A stretch of 62,206 nt of DNA. Origin: an uncultured Ruminococcus sp. (GTDB taxonomy: Bacteria; Bacillota; Clostridia; Oscillospirales; CAG-272). The notes beneath the pieces were generated by a model. It searched no databases. It saw nothing but the letters and a program-made list of their open reading frames with translations, and had not been told where the DNA came from. Location of the stretch: positions 1 through 62,206 of the forward strand of contig CAYWFS010000005.1 of assembly GCA_964457685.1 (NCBI GenBank), in the 5' to 3' direction. The position numbers were made by a program, and so were the translations under genes. Positions 40,147 to 49,613 of the stretch are shown here, piece by piece; the stretch's first letter is position 1; each line of letters begins with the position of its first letter.

Positions 40147-41729
40147 TGAACTTTATATCGGTATCATTTATCGTATTCCTCGCCGTAACTGTATTTGTGT
40201 ACTATGTAATGCCGAAAAGCATTGCGTGGTGTGCGTTGCTTGCGGCGAGCTGCGTTTTTTATCTGTGGGGCGGAGGATACAAGACGATACTGTATCTTGT
40301 GTTTACCTCACTGCTTACGTTTTTTGCGGGAATACTTCTCGAAAAGCTTAACTCAGAGAAGACGCTTATTCCGAAAAACGAAAAAGAACGGCTTGATGCT
40401 CTGACCAAAAAGAAAAAAGCCGTAGTTGCTGTTGTCTGCGTGATTCTTTTCGGTATGCTCTACATACTTAAATACCTTGATTTCACGCTGAATATAGTAA
40501 ACTCACTTCTTTCCGCTGTAGGAAAAACGGAGACGATTACCGCTCCCTCATTGCTTGTTCCCCTCGGAGTGTCGTTTTACATATTCCAGTCTATCGGATA
40601 TGTTATCGACTGCTACAGAGGAAAATATAAGGCACAGCACAACTATGCAAAGTACGCACTTTTTGTTTCGTTCTTTCCGCAGATAGTGCAGGGACCTATA
40701 TCGAGATATGATGTCCTCGGAGAACAGCTTACAAAAAAAGCTTATCTCGACTGCGATAACCTCCGTGATGGCATACAGCGTATAATGTGGGGATATTTCA
40801 AAAAAATGGTAATTGCAGACCGTGCCGCAGTAGCCGTAACGGCATTTTTTAAGTCCTATGACAGCTACGGAGGTGCGGTGAGTGCGTTTGCGGTGCTTAT
40901 GTATTGCATAAATCTGTACTGCGACTTCTCGGGCGGTATAGATATAACGATAGGTTCGGCAAAGCTGTTTGGAATTACCATGGAAGAAAACTTCGCACGA
41001 CCTATTTTTGCAACCTCTCTTTCGGAATACTGGAGAAGATGGCACATTACACTCGGCGGTTGGATGAGAGACTATGTATTCTATCCTCTCTCCCTATCAA
41101 AGCCGTTCGGTAAGCTCGGAAAATGGTCGAGAAAGAAGATCGGCGGAAAATTCGGAAAAATACTTCCTACAACACTTGCTACGTTTATAATTTACCTGAT
41201 AATAGGCATATGGCACGGTGCTAACTTCCGATACATCGCATACGGCTTTTATAACGGAACAATAATTACGTCTTCCGTTCTTCTTGCCGGAGTATATTCA
41301 AAAGCCAAAAAGAAGCTTAATATAGATTCCGATTCAAAGGGATGGAAAATCTTCTCGATGATAAGAACAGGAGTAATAGTATTTATCGGACGCTATATCA
41401 CACGCTCTCCGAGACTTCTTGTTGCTGTAAAGCTCATAATAAGAAGCGTAAATCCGCTATCACTTCATGTACATGAGCTTTGGGACGGAACGGTGCTTAA
41501 CCTCGGACTTTCTACCTCGGATTACATAGTTATCGCACTGTCTCTTGCGGTTCTTCTTGCGTTTGAGCTTTATGAGGAAATCAAGGGAGAAAGCGTTACT
41601 GCCACCTTAAACAGAAAGAATGGGGGAGTGCAGTTTGCCTTCCTTATTTGCACCGTTCTTATTATACTGTTCTTCGGAATAATGAGAGGCTCATATATAT
41701 CCTCCGAATTTATCTACAAGCAGTATTGA
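40146..41729 (+). CDS. MBOAT family membrane O-acyltransferase (DltB/AlgI-like)
   Basis: 527 aa and polytopic. The conserved His context is SEYWRRWHITLGGWMRDYVFYPL. A TGATG junction links it to the carrier gene. Confidence 0.85.
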   Translation: MNFISVSFIVFLAVTVFVYYVMPKSIAWCALLAASCVFYLWGGGYKTILYLVFTSLLTFFAGILLEKLNSEKTLIPKNEKERLDALTKKKKAVVAVVCVILFGMLYILKYLDFTLNIVNSLLSAVGKTETITAPSLLVPLGVSFYIFQSIGYVIDCYRGKYKAQHNYAKYALFVSFFPQIVQGPISRYDVLGEQLTKKAYLDCDNLRDGIQRIMWGYFKKMVIADRAAVAVTAFFKSYDSYGGAVSAFAVLMYCINLYCDFSGGIDITIGSAKLFGITMEENFARPIFATSLSEYWRRWHITLGGWMRDYVFYPLSLSKPFGKLGKWSRKKIGGKFGKILPTTLATFIIYLIIGIWHGANFRYIAYGFYNGTIITSSVLLAGVYSKAKKKLNIDSDSKGWKIFSMIRTGVIVFIGRYITRSPRLLVAVKLIIRSVNPLSLHVHELWDGTVLNLGLSTSDYIVIALSLAVLLAFELYEEIKGESVTATLNRKNGGVQFAFLICTVLIILFFGIMRGSYISSEFIYKQY

Positions 41730-41770
41730 TTTATTCGTGAAAATTAAATTTCCGTGAAGGAGTAAATATA

Positions 41771-43594
41771 TTGAATTCAAAAAAATGGCTGGTGATGTTC
41801 GGCTCTACAGTGGCTGTTATACTTGTCCTTATCGGTACGTTCAACTATGTGACAGACCCGTTCGGAGTATTCGGGGATAAGATAATGAACTGGTTCAGCT
41901 ACGATATAACGAACAATCCCCGAACAGCTAAAATATCGTACCTCGATGAGCATTACGAGGAATATGATTCATATATAATCGGTTGCTCGTCAACGTCTTC
42001 CTTTCCGACAGAGGATTTCGGTAAATATCTTGACGCAAATTTCTATAACATGATAATGTACGGTGCGGATATGCTTGACGTTGAGCAGACCGTCTCTTAC
42101 ATGATAGAAAACTACACGGTAAAAAATCTTGTCGTTAACGTGTATATAGACAACGGTGCAGTGTATGACGAAGAATCGAACAAGTACACGCATTCCATGA
42201 TGGCTCGTGTTGACGGCTCAGATCCCCTCGGCTTTTACTCTCGATTCCTTTTTGCCACACCATCATACGGAGTCGCAAAGCTTAAAGCGTATCAGAGCAA
42301 GACATGGCTTTCACAGTATTACAATATATTCGATGAAAAAACGGGAGCATACGATAAACGCAGACGTGATATAGAGCCTATTTCCGACCTCGACAGCTAC
42401 TATACCGCATACCCCGAGTTTACAAACTATCCGCACGGTAATTATCTTCTTCCCGCTGTTGATGAGTGCCTTGAAAGCATGGAAAACATAGTTGCGATGT
42501 GCGATGAAAATGACGTAAATCTCATTGTTGTTACCGCACCCGTGTACTATGAATACATGAACAATTTCTATCCCGAGTCGGTATGTTCTTTCTATACCCG
42601 TCTTGCGGAGGTAGTTGATTTCTGGGATTTTTCGTATTCATCCGTAAGCTTTGAGCCGAGATATTTCTATGACAGAACGCATTTCAGAAACAATGTCGGT
42701 CATATGGCGGCGGCAAGAATATTCGGAGATGACAGCGTGTATATCCCCGATGATTTCGGATACCTTGTTACGGCGGAAAACGCAGAGGAATATTTCGAGA
42801 CTTATTTCGAGGCTGAGGAGCTTAAAGCGGAGGACTATACAAAGGATGTTCCCGTTCTTATGTACCACAATATCGCCGAGGAAGTAAACGATATGACCGT
42901 TACCCCCGAGACGTTCAGAGAGCAGATGGAAGCACTTAAAGCGAACGGCTACACTGCTATAACCCTCGAGGATATGGTGAATTACGTTTATTACGGCGGA
43001 GAACTTCCCGAAAAGCCCGTGCTTATAACTTTCGATGACGGATACTACAGTAACTATGAATATGCTTATCCCGTGCTTGAGGAACTTGAAATGCACGGAG
43101 TAATATTCGCAGTCGGAGTAAGCTTCGGATGTGATACCTATCTCGATACCGATGTGCCGATAACACCGCATTTCGGTGAGGATGAGGCTGTAGAAATGGT
43201 AAGCTCCGGCGTGATTTCCGTGCAGAGTCACACCTACGATATGCACCGCAACGAGACCTACGAGAAGGAAGCACGTCACGATATTACCCCTCTTCCCGGC
43301 GAAAGTGAGGAGGACTACATCGAGACAGTACGCTCCGATCTTGCAAAGTCAAAGGAATTTCTCGAAGGTATCACGGGAGAAGAAGTATATGCACTCTCTT
43401 ATCCGCAGGGAAAGAGAACAGACAATGCCGCAAGAATAGCAGTTGAGGAGGGATATAACGTCACATTCTCAACCGATTGGGGAGTACACCAACTTGTTCG
43501 CGGACTCGGACAGTCACTGTATGCGGTAAAGAGAATGCACGTCTCAAACGATGTAACTCCCGAAAAGCTTATTGAGATGGTATCGGGAAACTGA
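41771..43594 (+). CDS. Membrane-anchored fusion of an N-terminal DltD/SGNH-reminiscent domain with a C-terminal CE4 (NodB) polysaccharide deacetylase
   Basis: 607 aa. An N-terminal TM helix is followed by a domain of about 330 aa containing IIGCSSTSSF. The C-terminal part has VLMYHNI, LITFDDGYYSNYEYAYPVLEE and QSHTYDMH. TTG start 8 nt after GAAGGAG. Confidence 0.75.
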   Translation: MNSKKWLVMFGSTVAVILVLIGTFNYVTDPFGVFGDKIMNWFSYDITNNPRTAKISYLDEHYEEYDSYIIGCSSTSSFPTEDFGKYLDANFYNMIMYGADMLDVEQTVSYMIENYTVKNLVVNVYIDNGAVYDEESNKYTHSMMARVDGSDPLGFYSRFLFATPSYGVAKLKAYQSKTWLSQYYNIFDEKTGAYDKRRRDIEPISDLDSYYTAYPEFTNYPHGNYLLPAVDECLESMENIVAMCDENDVNLIVVTAPVYYEYMNNFYPESVCSFYTRLAEVVDFWDFSYSSVSFEPRYFYDRTHFRNNVGHMAAARIFGDDSVYIPDDFGYLVTAENAEEYFETYFEAEELKAEDYTKDVPVLMYHNIAEEVNDMTVTPETFREQMEALKANGYTAITLEDMVNYVYYGGELPEKPVLITFDDGYYSNYEYAYPVLEELEMHGVIFAVGVSFGCDTYLDTDVPITPHFGEDEAVEMVSSGVISVQSHTYDMHRNETYEKEARHDITPLPGESEEDYIETVRSDLAKSKEFLEGITGEEVYALSYPQGKRTDNAARIAVEEGYNVTFSTDWGVHQLVRGLGQSLYAVKRMHVSNDVTPEKLIEMVSGN

Positions 43595-43599
43595 ACAGA

Positions 43600-43652
43600 T
43601 AAAAAAACAGCTGAGGTTAACCCTTTAAATCAGGTTAATTACAGCTGTTTTT
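43600..43652. terminator. Bidirectional intrinsic terminator between the dlt-like cluster and aroQ
   Basis: AAAAAAACAGCTG, a loop with the inner GGTTAA/TTAACC-like pairing, then CAGCTGTTTTT. Confidence 0.75.
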
Positions 43653-43655
43653 GTA

Positions 43656-44087
43656 TTATTTCAGTATATCCGCAAGATACAGAATAGCTTCACGGTATCC
43701 GTCAAGTCCGTGTCCTGCTATTGTTTTTGTGGCGGCGAGAGAAACATACGAAAATTGTCGGAAGGACTCTCTTTGGCTTATGTCGGAGATGTGTACCTCA
43801 ACGGTAGGTATTCCTACGGCTTTGAGTGCGTCAAGGATTGCAACGCTTGTGTGGGTATATGCCGCAGGATTTATTACGATTCCGTCGAATTTTCCGTAGG
43901 CAGACTGTATCTTGTCAACAATATCGCCCTCGTGATTTGACTGAAAATGCTCGTATTTGATTCCGTTTTCGGTGCAAGTGTCGTCAATCAGGCTGAGAAG
44001 TGCGTTATAGTCCTGTTTTCCGTAAATATCAGGCTCCCGTATACCAAGCATATTGATGTTGGGACCGTTAATTATCAGTAGAGTCAT
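43656..44087 (-). CDS. aroQ: Type II 3-dehydroquinate dehydratase
   Basis: 143 aa with LIINGPNINMLGIREPDIYG, FQSNHEG and INPAAYTHTS. Confidence 0.92.
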   Translation of the reverse strand: MTLLIINGPNINMLGIREPDIYGKQDYNALLSLIDDTCTENGIKYEHFQSNHEGDIVDKIQSAYGKFDGIVINPAAYTHTSVAILDALKAVGIPTVEVHISDISQRESFRQFSYVSLAATKTIAGHGLDGYREAILYLADILK

Positions 44088-45333
44088 TTTTACCCCTTTT
44101 CACTACGGAGATAATTCCGTCTGAATTACAGCTCGGACTTCCGTTCATCTCGAATATAATGTCTGCGGCTTTTTCGTACATTGGCAGACGTTTTTTGTAC
44201 AGCTCGGATAAATCGTTTGCCTGAGATACGGGTCTTCCGTCTTTCGGCAGTGAAGCAATGTCACGTTTCATAAACACAACGGTGCTGTTCTGTCTGAGCA
44301 GGGGAATATTGTTTTCGCGAACCACTACACCACCGCCGCAGGAAATAACAAGACCCGATTTCTTCGAGTATTCTTCAAGTACCTTATGCTCAAGCTCACG
44401 GAATTTGTCCTCTCCATGGTTCTTGAATATCTCGGGAATGGAAACACCGCTTTGTTTTACTATTTCTTCGTCAAGGTCAACAAATTCACGGTTCAGTTTT
44501 TGTGCAATGAGCTGTCCGTTGGTGGTTTTTCCGACTCCGGGCATACCGATGAGCATGATATTCTTCATGTCAAACTCTATAATATCCTTGATTTGGTCAA
44601 TCAGAGAGTTTTCAAGAGCTTGACCGATGAAAAATTCAGCCGCCGCTTTTGCCTGAGCAACCAGCATACAAAGTCCCGAGATGCACGGAATATTGTTTTC
44701 TTCGGCTTCAAGTATAATTGCGGTTTTCGATGGGTTGTATATCATATCGACAACGCCCGACAGCTTGGGGAAATGAACGAGTGACACAGGAGACATTCCG
44801 TTGTTCGGGTACATACCGACAGGGGTTGTGTTAATGAGAACATCGCAGTCGGAGTGGCGGTCGATATTTTCGTAATTGTTTTCACCGCTTCTTGAAATTA
44901 TAACTATTTCAGAGGCTCCTCTGTCAGCGGCAACAGTTCTTGCTGTCATGGAGGCTCCACCGCTTCCGAGAATCAGCACTTTTTTTCCGCATACATCGAT
45001 ATTTCCTTTGTCAAGCATATAGGAAAAGCCGTAGTAGTCGGTGTTGTCTCCCTTGAGTCGTCCATCGGGCAGATGAGTTATAGTGTTAACGGAACCGATT
45101 CGCAAGGCTTCGGGGGAAATTACATTGAGAAACTGCATGACGGTTTTTTTATACGGAATCGTCACGTTTATCGAGTCGTAGTTGTCGGATTTCAAGAATG
45201 TGCCGACCTCGTTTTCGTCAAGCTCGATAAGTCTGTATTCGTAATCGCAAAGGTGTGAGTGTATCAGCGGAGAATAGCTGTGACCGAGAGGTTTTCCTAT
45301 AAGTCCGCATTTCATTTCGCTTGTTTTCTTCAT
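44068..45333 (-). CDS. Bifunctional shikimate dehydrogenase / shikimate kinase
   Basis: The N-terminal part is AroE (GLIGKPLGHSYSPLIH, Rossmann LGSGGASMTAR). The C-terminal part is AroK (Walker A GMPGVGKTT). The start is set to the ATG at 45333; another candidate is at 45315. Confidence 0.85.
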   Translation of the reverse strand: MKKTSEMKCGLIGKPLGHSYSPLIHSHLCDYEYRLIELDENEVGTFLKSDNYDSINVTIPYKKTVMQFLNVISPEALRIGSVNTITHLPDGRLKGDNTDYYGFSYMLDKGNIDVCGKKVLILGSGGASMTARTVAADRGASEIVIISRSGENNYENIDRHSDCDVLINTTPVGMYPNNGMSPVSLVHFPKLSGVVDMIYNPSKTAIILEAEENNIPCISGLCMLVAQAKAAAEFFIGQALENSLIDQIKDIIEFDMKNIMLIGMPGVGKTTNGQLIAQKLNREFVDLDEEIVKQSGVSIPEIFKNHGEDKFRELEHKVLEEYSKKSGLVISCGGGVVVRENNIPLLRQNSTVVFMKRDIASLPKDGRPVSQANDLSELYKKRLPMYEKAADIIFEMNGSPSCNSDGIISVVKRGKNDSTDN

Positions 45334-45343
45334 AGCTGTAACC

Positions 45344-46435
45344 TTATTTTTCCATTTCTCCGCTGTCGAGAAGTGCGTCATATATGGCAATGGCAAGTGC
45401 GGCTTCAATTATCGGAACAGCTCTCGGAACTATGCAGGGATCATGACGACCGCCGACTGTTATCTTTGTGTTCTTTCCCGTAGAGAGGTCAACCGTGTCC
45501 TGTTCATGACCGATAGACGGGGTGGGTTTTATAGCACAGCGGAATATGAGTGGCATACCGTTTGTCATTCCGCCGAGAATACCGCCGCTGTTGTTGCTTT
45601 TTGTCTTTACCGTGTCGCCGTCATAGTAGAACGGGTCGTTGTTTTCGGAGCCGTACATATCGCTTGAAGCAAATCCCGCACCGAACTCTATTCCCTTGAC
45701 CGCAGGAACGGAGAACACGATTGAAGAAATTCTCGACTCCATACCGCAGAAAATATGCTCGCCGAGACCAACGGGAAGTCCGATTGCAGCACATTCTATC
45801 ACTCCTCCGACGGAATCCTGCTGCATTCTTGCACTTTCGATGACCTTTTCCATTTTCTCTCCGGCACTTTCGTTTAAAACAGGGAGAGCGTGAGAGAGAA
45901 TATCATCGAAATCATTACGGCAAACGTCTGTCGGATCGAAGCGATAGTCGAGTGCAGAGCCTATTGATTCAATATGAGCGGCAATATAAATTCCACTCTT
46001 TTCAAGCTCCTCCTTTAATATACCGCCTATCGCACATATGGGAGCGGTAAGTCTTCCCGAAAAATGGCCTCCACCTCGCAGATCAGCCGTTTTACCGGAC
46101 TTTACCATGGCAGGATAATCCGCATGGGACGGACGCGGAGTTTGAGAAAGCTCGGAGTAATCAGATGAACGAGCATTTTCGTTTTTTATAACGATGTTTA
46201 TCTCATTTCCGTTTGTCGTAAGTCCGTCAAATCCGCTTACCAATATAGGGGTGTCCGTTTCCTTGCGTGAGGTTGTAAGCTTGCTTTGACCCGGAGCCCG
46301 TCTCTGCATAAATGCCGAAAGCTTGTCCGTGTCTACTGTGATTCCGGCAGGAATACCGCTTGCTTTAACGCCTATTTCGGTATCGTGTGAGCCGCCGTAG
46401 ACTGAAATCTTTATATTTTTGCCGTAAGAGGTCAT
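45344..46435 (-). CDS. aroC: Chorismate synthase
   Basis: The start is set to the ATG at 46435 (MTSYGKNIKISVYGGSH). RPSHADY and GGRHDPC motifs are present. Confidence 0.92.
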   Translation of the reverse strand: MTSYGKNIKISVYGGSHDTEIGVKASGIPAGITVDTDKLSAFMQRRAPGQSKLTTSRKETDTPILVSGFDGLTTNGNEINIVIKNENARSSDYSELSQTPRPSHADYPAMVKSGKTADLRGGGHFSGRLTAPICAIGGILKEELEKSGIYIAAHIESIGSALDYRFDPTDVCRNDFDDILSHALPVLNESAGEKMEKVIESARMQQDSVGGVIECAAIGLPVGLGEHIFCGMESRISSIVFSVPAVKGIEFGAGFASSDMYGSENNDPFYYDGDTVKTKSNNSGGILGGMTNGMPLIFRCAIKPTPSIGHEQDTVDLSTGKNTKITVGGRHDPCIVPRAVPIIEAALAIAIYDALLDSGEMEK

Positions 46436-46452
46436 GTTTGTCTCCTTATCGT

Positions 46453-47709
46453 TTATACGCTTTTTTCGGTAGTGTTTATACATAATTTTCCGAAATCGTC
46501 AAAGAATCCCGGGTATGATTTTGACACCGCCTCGCATCCCTTTATGGTGACGGGAGATGTAGTGAGAAGTGAAGCAACGGCGGCAGACATAACTATTCTG
46601 TGGTCGTTGTACGAGTCAACCGTTATTCCGTCACGCTTGCTTATTCCGCCGATTACCGTAATATCATCTCCCACTACTTCAATATTTCCGCCGAGGGAAC
46701 GTATCATCTCACAAACGGACTCAATTCTGTCACTTTCTTTAAGCCGCAGTCTGCCGCAGTTTTTTATCACAGTTTTTCCCTCTGCCGCCATTGCAACAAC
46801 GCAAAGTACGGGAACGAGGTCGGGAATATTTGATGCGTCTGTCGTGATTCCGCGGAGAGTGCCTTTTTTTACGCTAACGCAGTCTCCGAAAACCGTAACC
46901 TCAGCACCGAACTGACGCAGAAGCTCGACTATTGCACTGTCGCCTTGAGTTGAATTTATATTAAGCCCCGATACGGTAATCTCGCCGTTTCCGATAGCAC
47001 CAAGAGAAAGCATGAACGCCGCATTTGACCAGTCTCCTTCGACTTTCAAACTTTCGGGGGAAACATAGCTTCCTCTTATATGATATGTGTTTTCGCTTTC
47101 CGTGACCTTTACTCCGAACTTTTCAAGAACTTGTTCTGTAAGCGTGATGTACGGCTTTGATTCTACCTTTCCCGTCAGCGTTATCGAGCTTTCGTCTTTA
47201 AGATGTGGAAGAGACAGCATCAGTCCTGTAGTAAACTGAGATGAAACGGAGCCATCGAGAGTATATTCTCCCGAGCTTATCTTTCCCGATATTGACAGCG
47301 GATGATTTTTTATTACCGCACCGTGACGCTCAAGCTCATCGGACAACGGACTGAGAGGGCGAGAGGAAAGCTTACCCTCAGTGATAAATTCGGCATCTAT
47401 TCCAAGCACGGACGCAAGAGGTAGCATGAATCTGAGTGTGGAGCCTGATTCGCCGACATAAAGCACGGCATTTTTCGGAGTCTTTTTTATTGGATATACT
47501 GTGTATCCGTTATCCGTGCAGTCAATTTCCGCTCCGAGAGAACGCAGGCACGATACCGTAGCGTCTATATCCCTGCTTGAACGTGAACAGAGTATGTGAG
47601 TCGGTTTTTCCGAAAGTGCGGCACATATCAATGCTCTGTGTGCATACGATTTTGACGGGATAGCATCTGTTTTACCGCACGGCATGGGGGAGAGAAGTGT
47701 TATTTCCAT
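46453..47709 (-). CDS. aroA: 3-phosphoshikimate 1-carboxyvinyltransferase (EPSP synthase)
   Basis: 418 aa with PSKSYAHRALI, GESGSTLRF and LKESDRI motifs. Confidence 0.92.
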   Translation of the reverse strand: MEITLLSPMPCGKTDAIPSKSYAHRALICAALSEKPTHILCSRSSRDIDATVSCLRSLGAEIDCTDNGYTVYPIKKTPKNAVLYVGESGSTLRFMLPLASVLGIDAEFITEGKLSSRPLSPLSDELERHGAVIKNHPLSISGKISSGEYTLDGSVSSQFTTGLMLSLPHLKDESSITLTGKVESKPYITLTEQVLEKFGVKVTESENTYHIRGSYVSPESLKVEGDWSNAAFMLSLGAIGNGEITVSGLNINSTQGDSAIVELLRQFGAEVTVFGDCVSVKKGTLRGITTDASNIPDLVPVLCVVAMAAEGKTVIKNCGRLRLKESDRIESVCEMIRSLGGNIEVVGDDITVIGGISKRDGITVDSYNDHRIVMSAAVASLLTTSPVTIKGCEAVSKSYPGFFDDFGKLCINTTEKSV

Positions 47710-48773
47710 TTGAATTCACCGAGTATAAAGCTTTTTATGTCAGAAAAATCAATCGTCATAAGCTCACATTTGCCTATCTCATGCGGAACCACGAGGGTTA
47801 TTTTTTCGCCCGATTTTTTCTTATCTCTGGAGGAGACCGAAATCAGGCTGTCGAGGTCGTAATTTCTGTATATGAACGGGTCAAGTGAGTATTTACGAAG
47901 AAGCTTTTCAAGTCGCACAAGAGTTTCTTCACTGCACATACCGTTTTTGCAGGCACATTCGGTTATAAAATACATTCCCGACGCTACAGCATGACCGTGA
48001 GATACCGTGAAATCCGACAAGGCTTCTATACTGTGTCCGAAGGTGTGACCGAGATTCAGCTTTTGACGTTCTCCGCAGTCGAGAAAATCACGGCTTACCA
48101 CGTCACGCTTGTCTTTTACGCATTCCTCGATTATTTCTTCAATGTCATCGAAAAGGCTGTGTGAGTTTTCGAGAAGCTCAAACAGGGAAGTGTTTCCGAG
48201 GACACCGTACTTTATAACCTCAGCCATTCCGTCGGCGATAAAGCTGTCCGAAAGTGTTGCGAGAAGAGAGGGATCGCTCAAAACAAACGATGGCTCATGA
48301 AATGCTCCGACAAGATTTTTTCCTTCGGGAATATCGACAGCGGTTTTTCCTCCGACAGATGAATCCACCATTGCCAGAATAGAGGTCGGAACGGAAACAT
48401 AGCGTATACCTCTCAGATATACCGATGAAGCGAAGCCGGCAATGTCTCCCGTAACTCCTCCGCCGAGTGCAGCTATGCAGTCGTGTCTTGTGAGACCGTT
48501 TGCCGCCGCATGACGAAGTATTTCGCCGAGAGTTGTCAGATTTTTGCTTTGCTCTCCGCTTTTGAAAACGAAGTCATTCGCAAGTGAAAATCCCGATTTC
48601 AAAAGGCTTTTTCTTACGGTATCTCCGTAAAGTGCATGAACATTGTCGTCCGCAACTATGAGAAGCAGGGAGTCGTTTGAGCCGAGTGCGGAGCGAATAT
48701 ATTCACCGAAGTTTTCGATGGAGTTTTTTTCTATAACTATGTCGTAGCTGCTTGCTTTAACAGTTTTCTTCAT
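47700..48773 (-). CDS. aroB: 3-dehydroquinate synthase
   Basis: 357 aa with GGGVTGDIAGFASS and the metal-site context LNLGHTFGHSIE. Confidence 0.92.
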   Translation of the reverse strand: MKKTVKASSYDIVIEKNSIENFGEYIRSALGSNDSLLLIVADDNVHALYGDTVRKSLLKSGFSLANDFVFKSGEQSKNLTTLGEILRHAAANGLTRHDCIAALGGGVTGDIAGFASSVYLRGIRYVSVPTSILAMVDSSVGGKTAVDIPEGKNLVGAFHEPSFVLSDPSLLATLSDSFIADGMAEVIKYGVLGNTSLFELLENSHSLFDDIEEIIEECVKDKRDVVSRDFLDCGERQKLNLGHTFGHSIEALSDFTVSHGHAVASGMYFITECACKNGMCSEETLVRLEKLLRKYSLDPFIYRNYDLDSLISVSSRDKKKSGEKITLVVPHEIGKCELMTIDFSDIKSFILGEFKWK

Positions 48774-48782
48774 ATTAATAAA

Positions 48783-49613
48783 TCAGCCGTCGGCCTTTTC
48801 CTTTGCTTCACAGCCCTCTTTGAGAAGTGCTTCAAGCCGTGAATCATCTCCCGAGTCGAGAGCGTTTTTGTAGTCCGTGAGAGCGTTTATTATAAGCTCA
48901 AGCTCTGCAGAAAGGTTGTCACGGTTCTCATGGAAAAGTTCCGTCCACATTTTTACGTCAAGCTGTGCGACTCTGGTAAGGTCACGATAGCTTCCGGCGG
49001 AGATTCCGTTGTGGTTCTGAGCTCTCGGACTCTTAACGAATGCGTTAGATACCACATGAGCAAGCTGGGATGTGTATGCAATCATCTCATCGTGTGCTTC
49101 TGCCGTGGTGAACGTGAATCTTGCAAAGCCTGCCGGAGAAAGAGCCTTTTTTGCACGGTCGAAAAGTGCTATATCATCTCGGCACGGCGGAACGAGAACC
49201 ATTGTCTCATCCTTGAATAAGTCGCTTCTTGAATTCTTTATTCCTCCGAGATGTGAGCCTGCCATCGGGTGACCGCCCACAAATGTAAATCCGTGCTTTT
49301 CGGCAAGAGAGAATCCGACTGAGCAGATATATCTCTTTGTTCCGCAGAGGTCTATGACAAGCGTGGAGGGGAGAATATTTTCTGCGTTGTTTTCAAGCCA
49401 TTCTGCGGCGTTTTTCGGTGTTACCGCAAGAAGAATAAGGTCGCATGAGCCTATATTTTCGTGTGTTAAGGTTTCGTCTACTATGTTGTTGAGCTTAGTC
49501 CAGCTGAGTACGACATTGCTTATATCGTAGCCGAGGACTGTGCATTCGCTTTCCTTAAACGCACGAGCCATTGAACCGCCTATGAGACCGAGTCCTATAA
49601 TTCCGACAGTCAT
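48783..49613 (-). CDS. tyrA: Prephenate dehydrogenase
   Basis: 276 aa with the N-terminal Rossmann IIGLGLIGGSMA and GGHPMAG. There is no ACT domain. Confidence 0.88.
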   Translation of the reverse strand: MTVGIIGLGLIGGSMARAFKESECTVLGYDISNVVLSWTKLNNIVDETLTHENIGSCDLILLAVTPKNAAEWLENNAENILPSTLVIDLCGTKRYICSVGFSLAEKHGFTFVGGHPMAGSHLGGIKNSRSDLFKDETMVLVPPCRDDIALFDRAKKALSPAGFARFTFTTAEAHDEMIAYTSQLAHVVSNAFVKSPRAQNHNGISAGSYRDLTRVAQLDVKMWTELFHENRDNLSAELELIINALTDYKNALDSGDDSRLEALLKEGCEAKEKADG

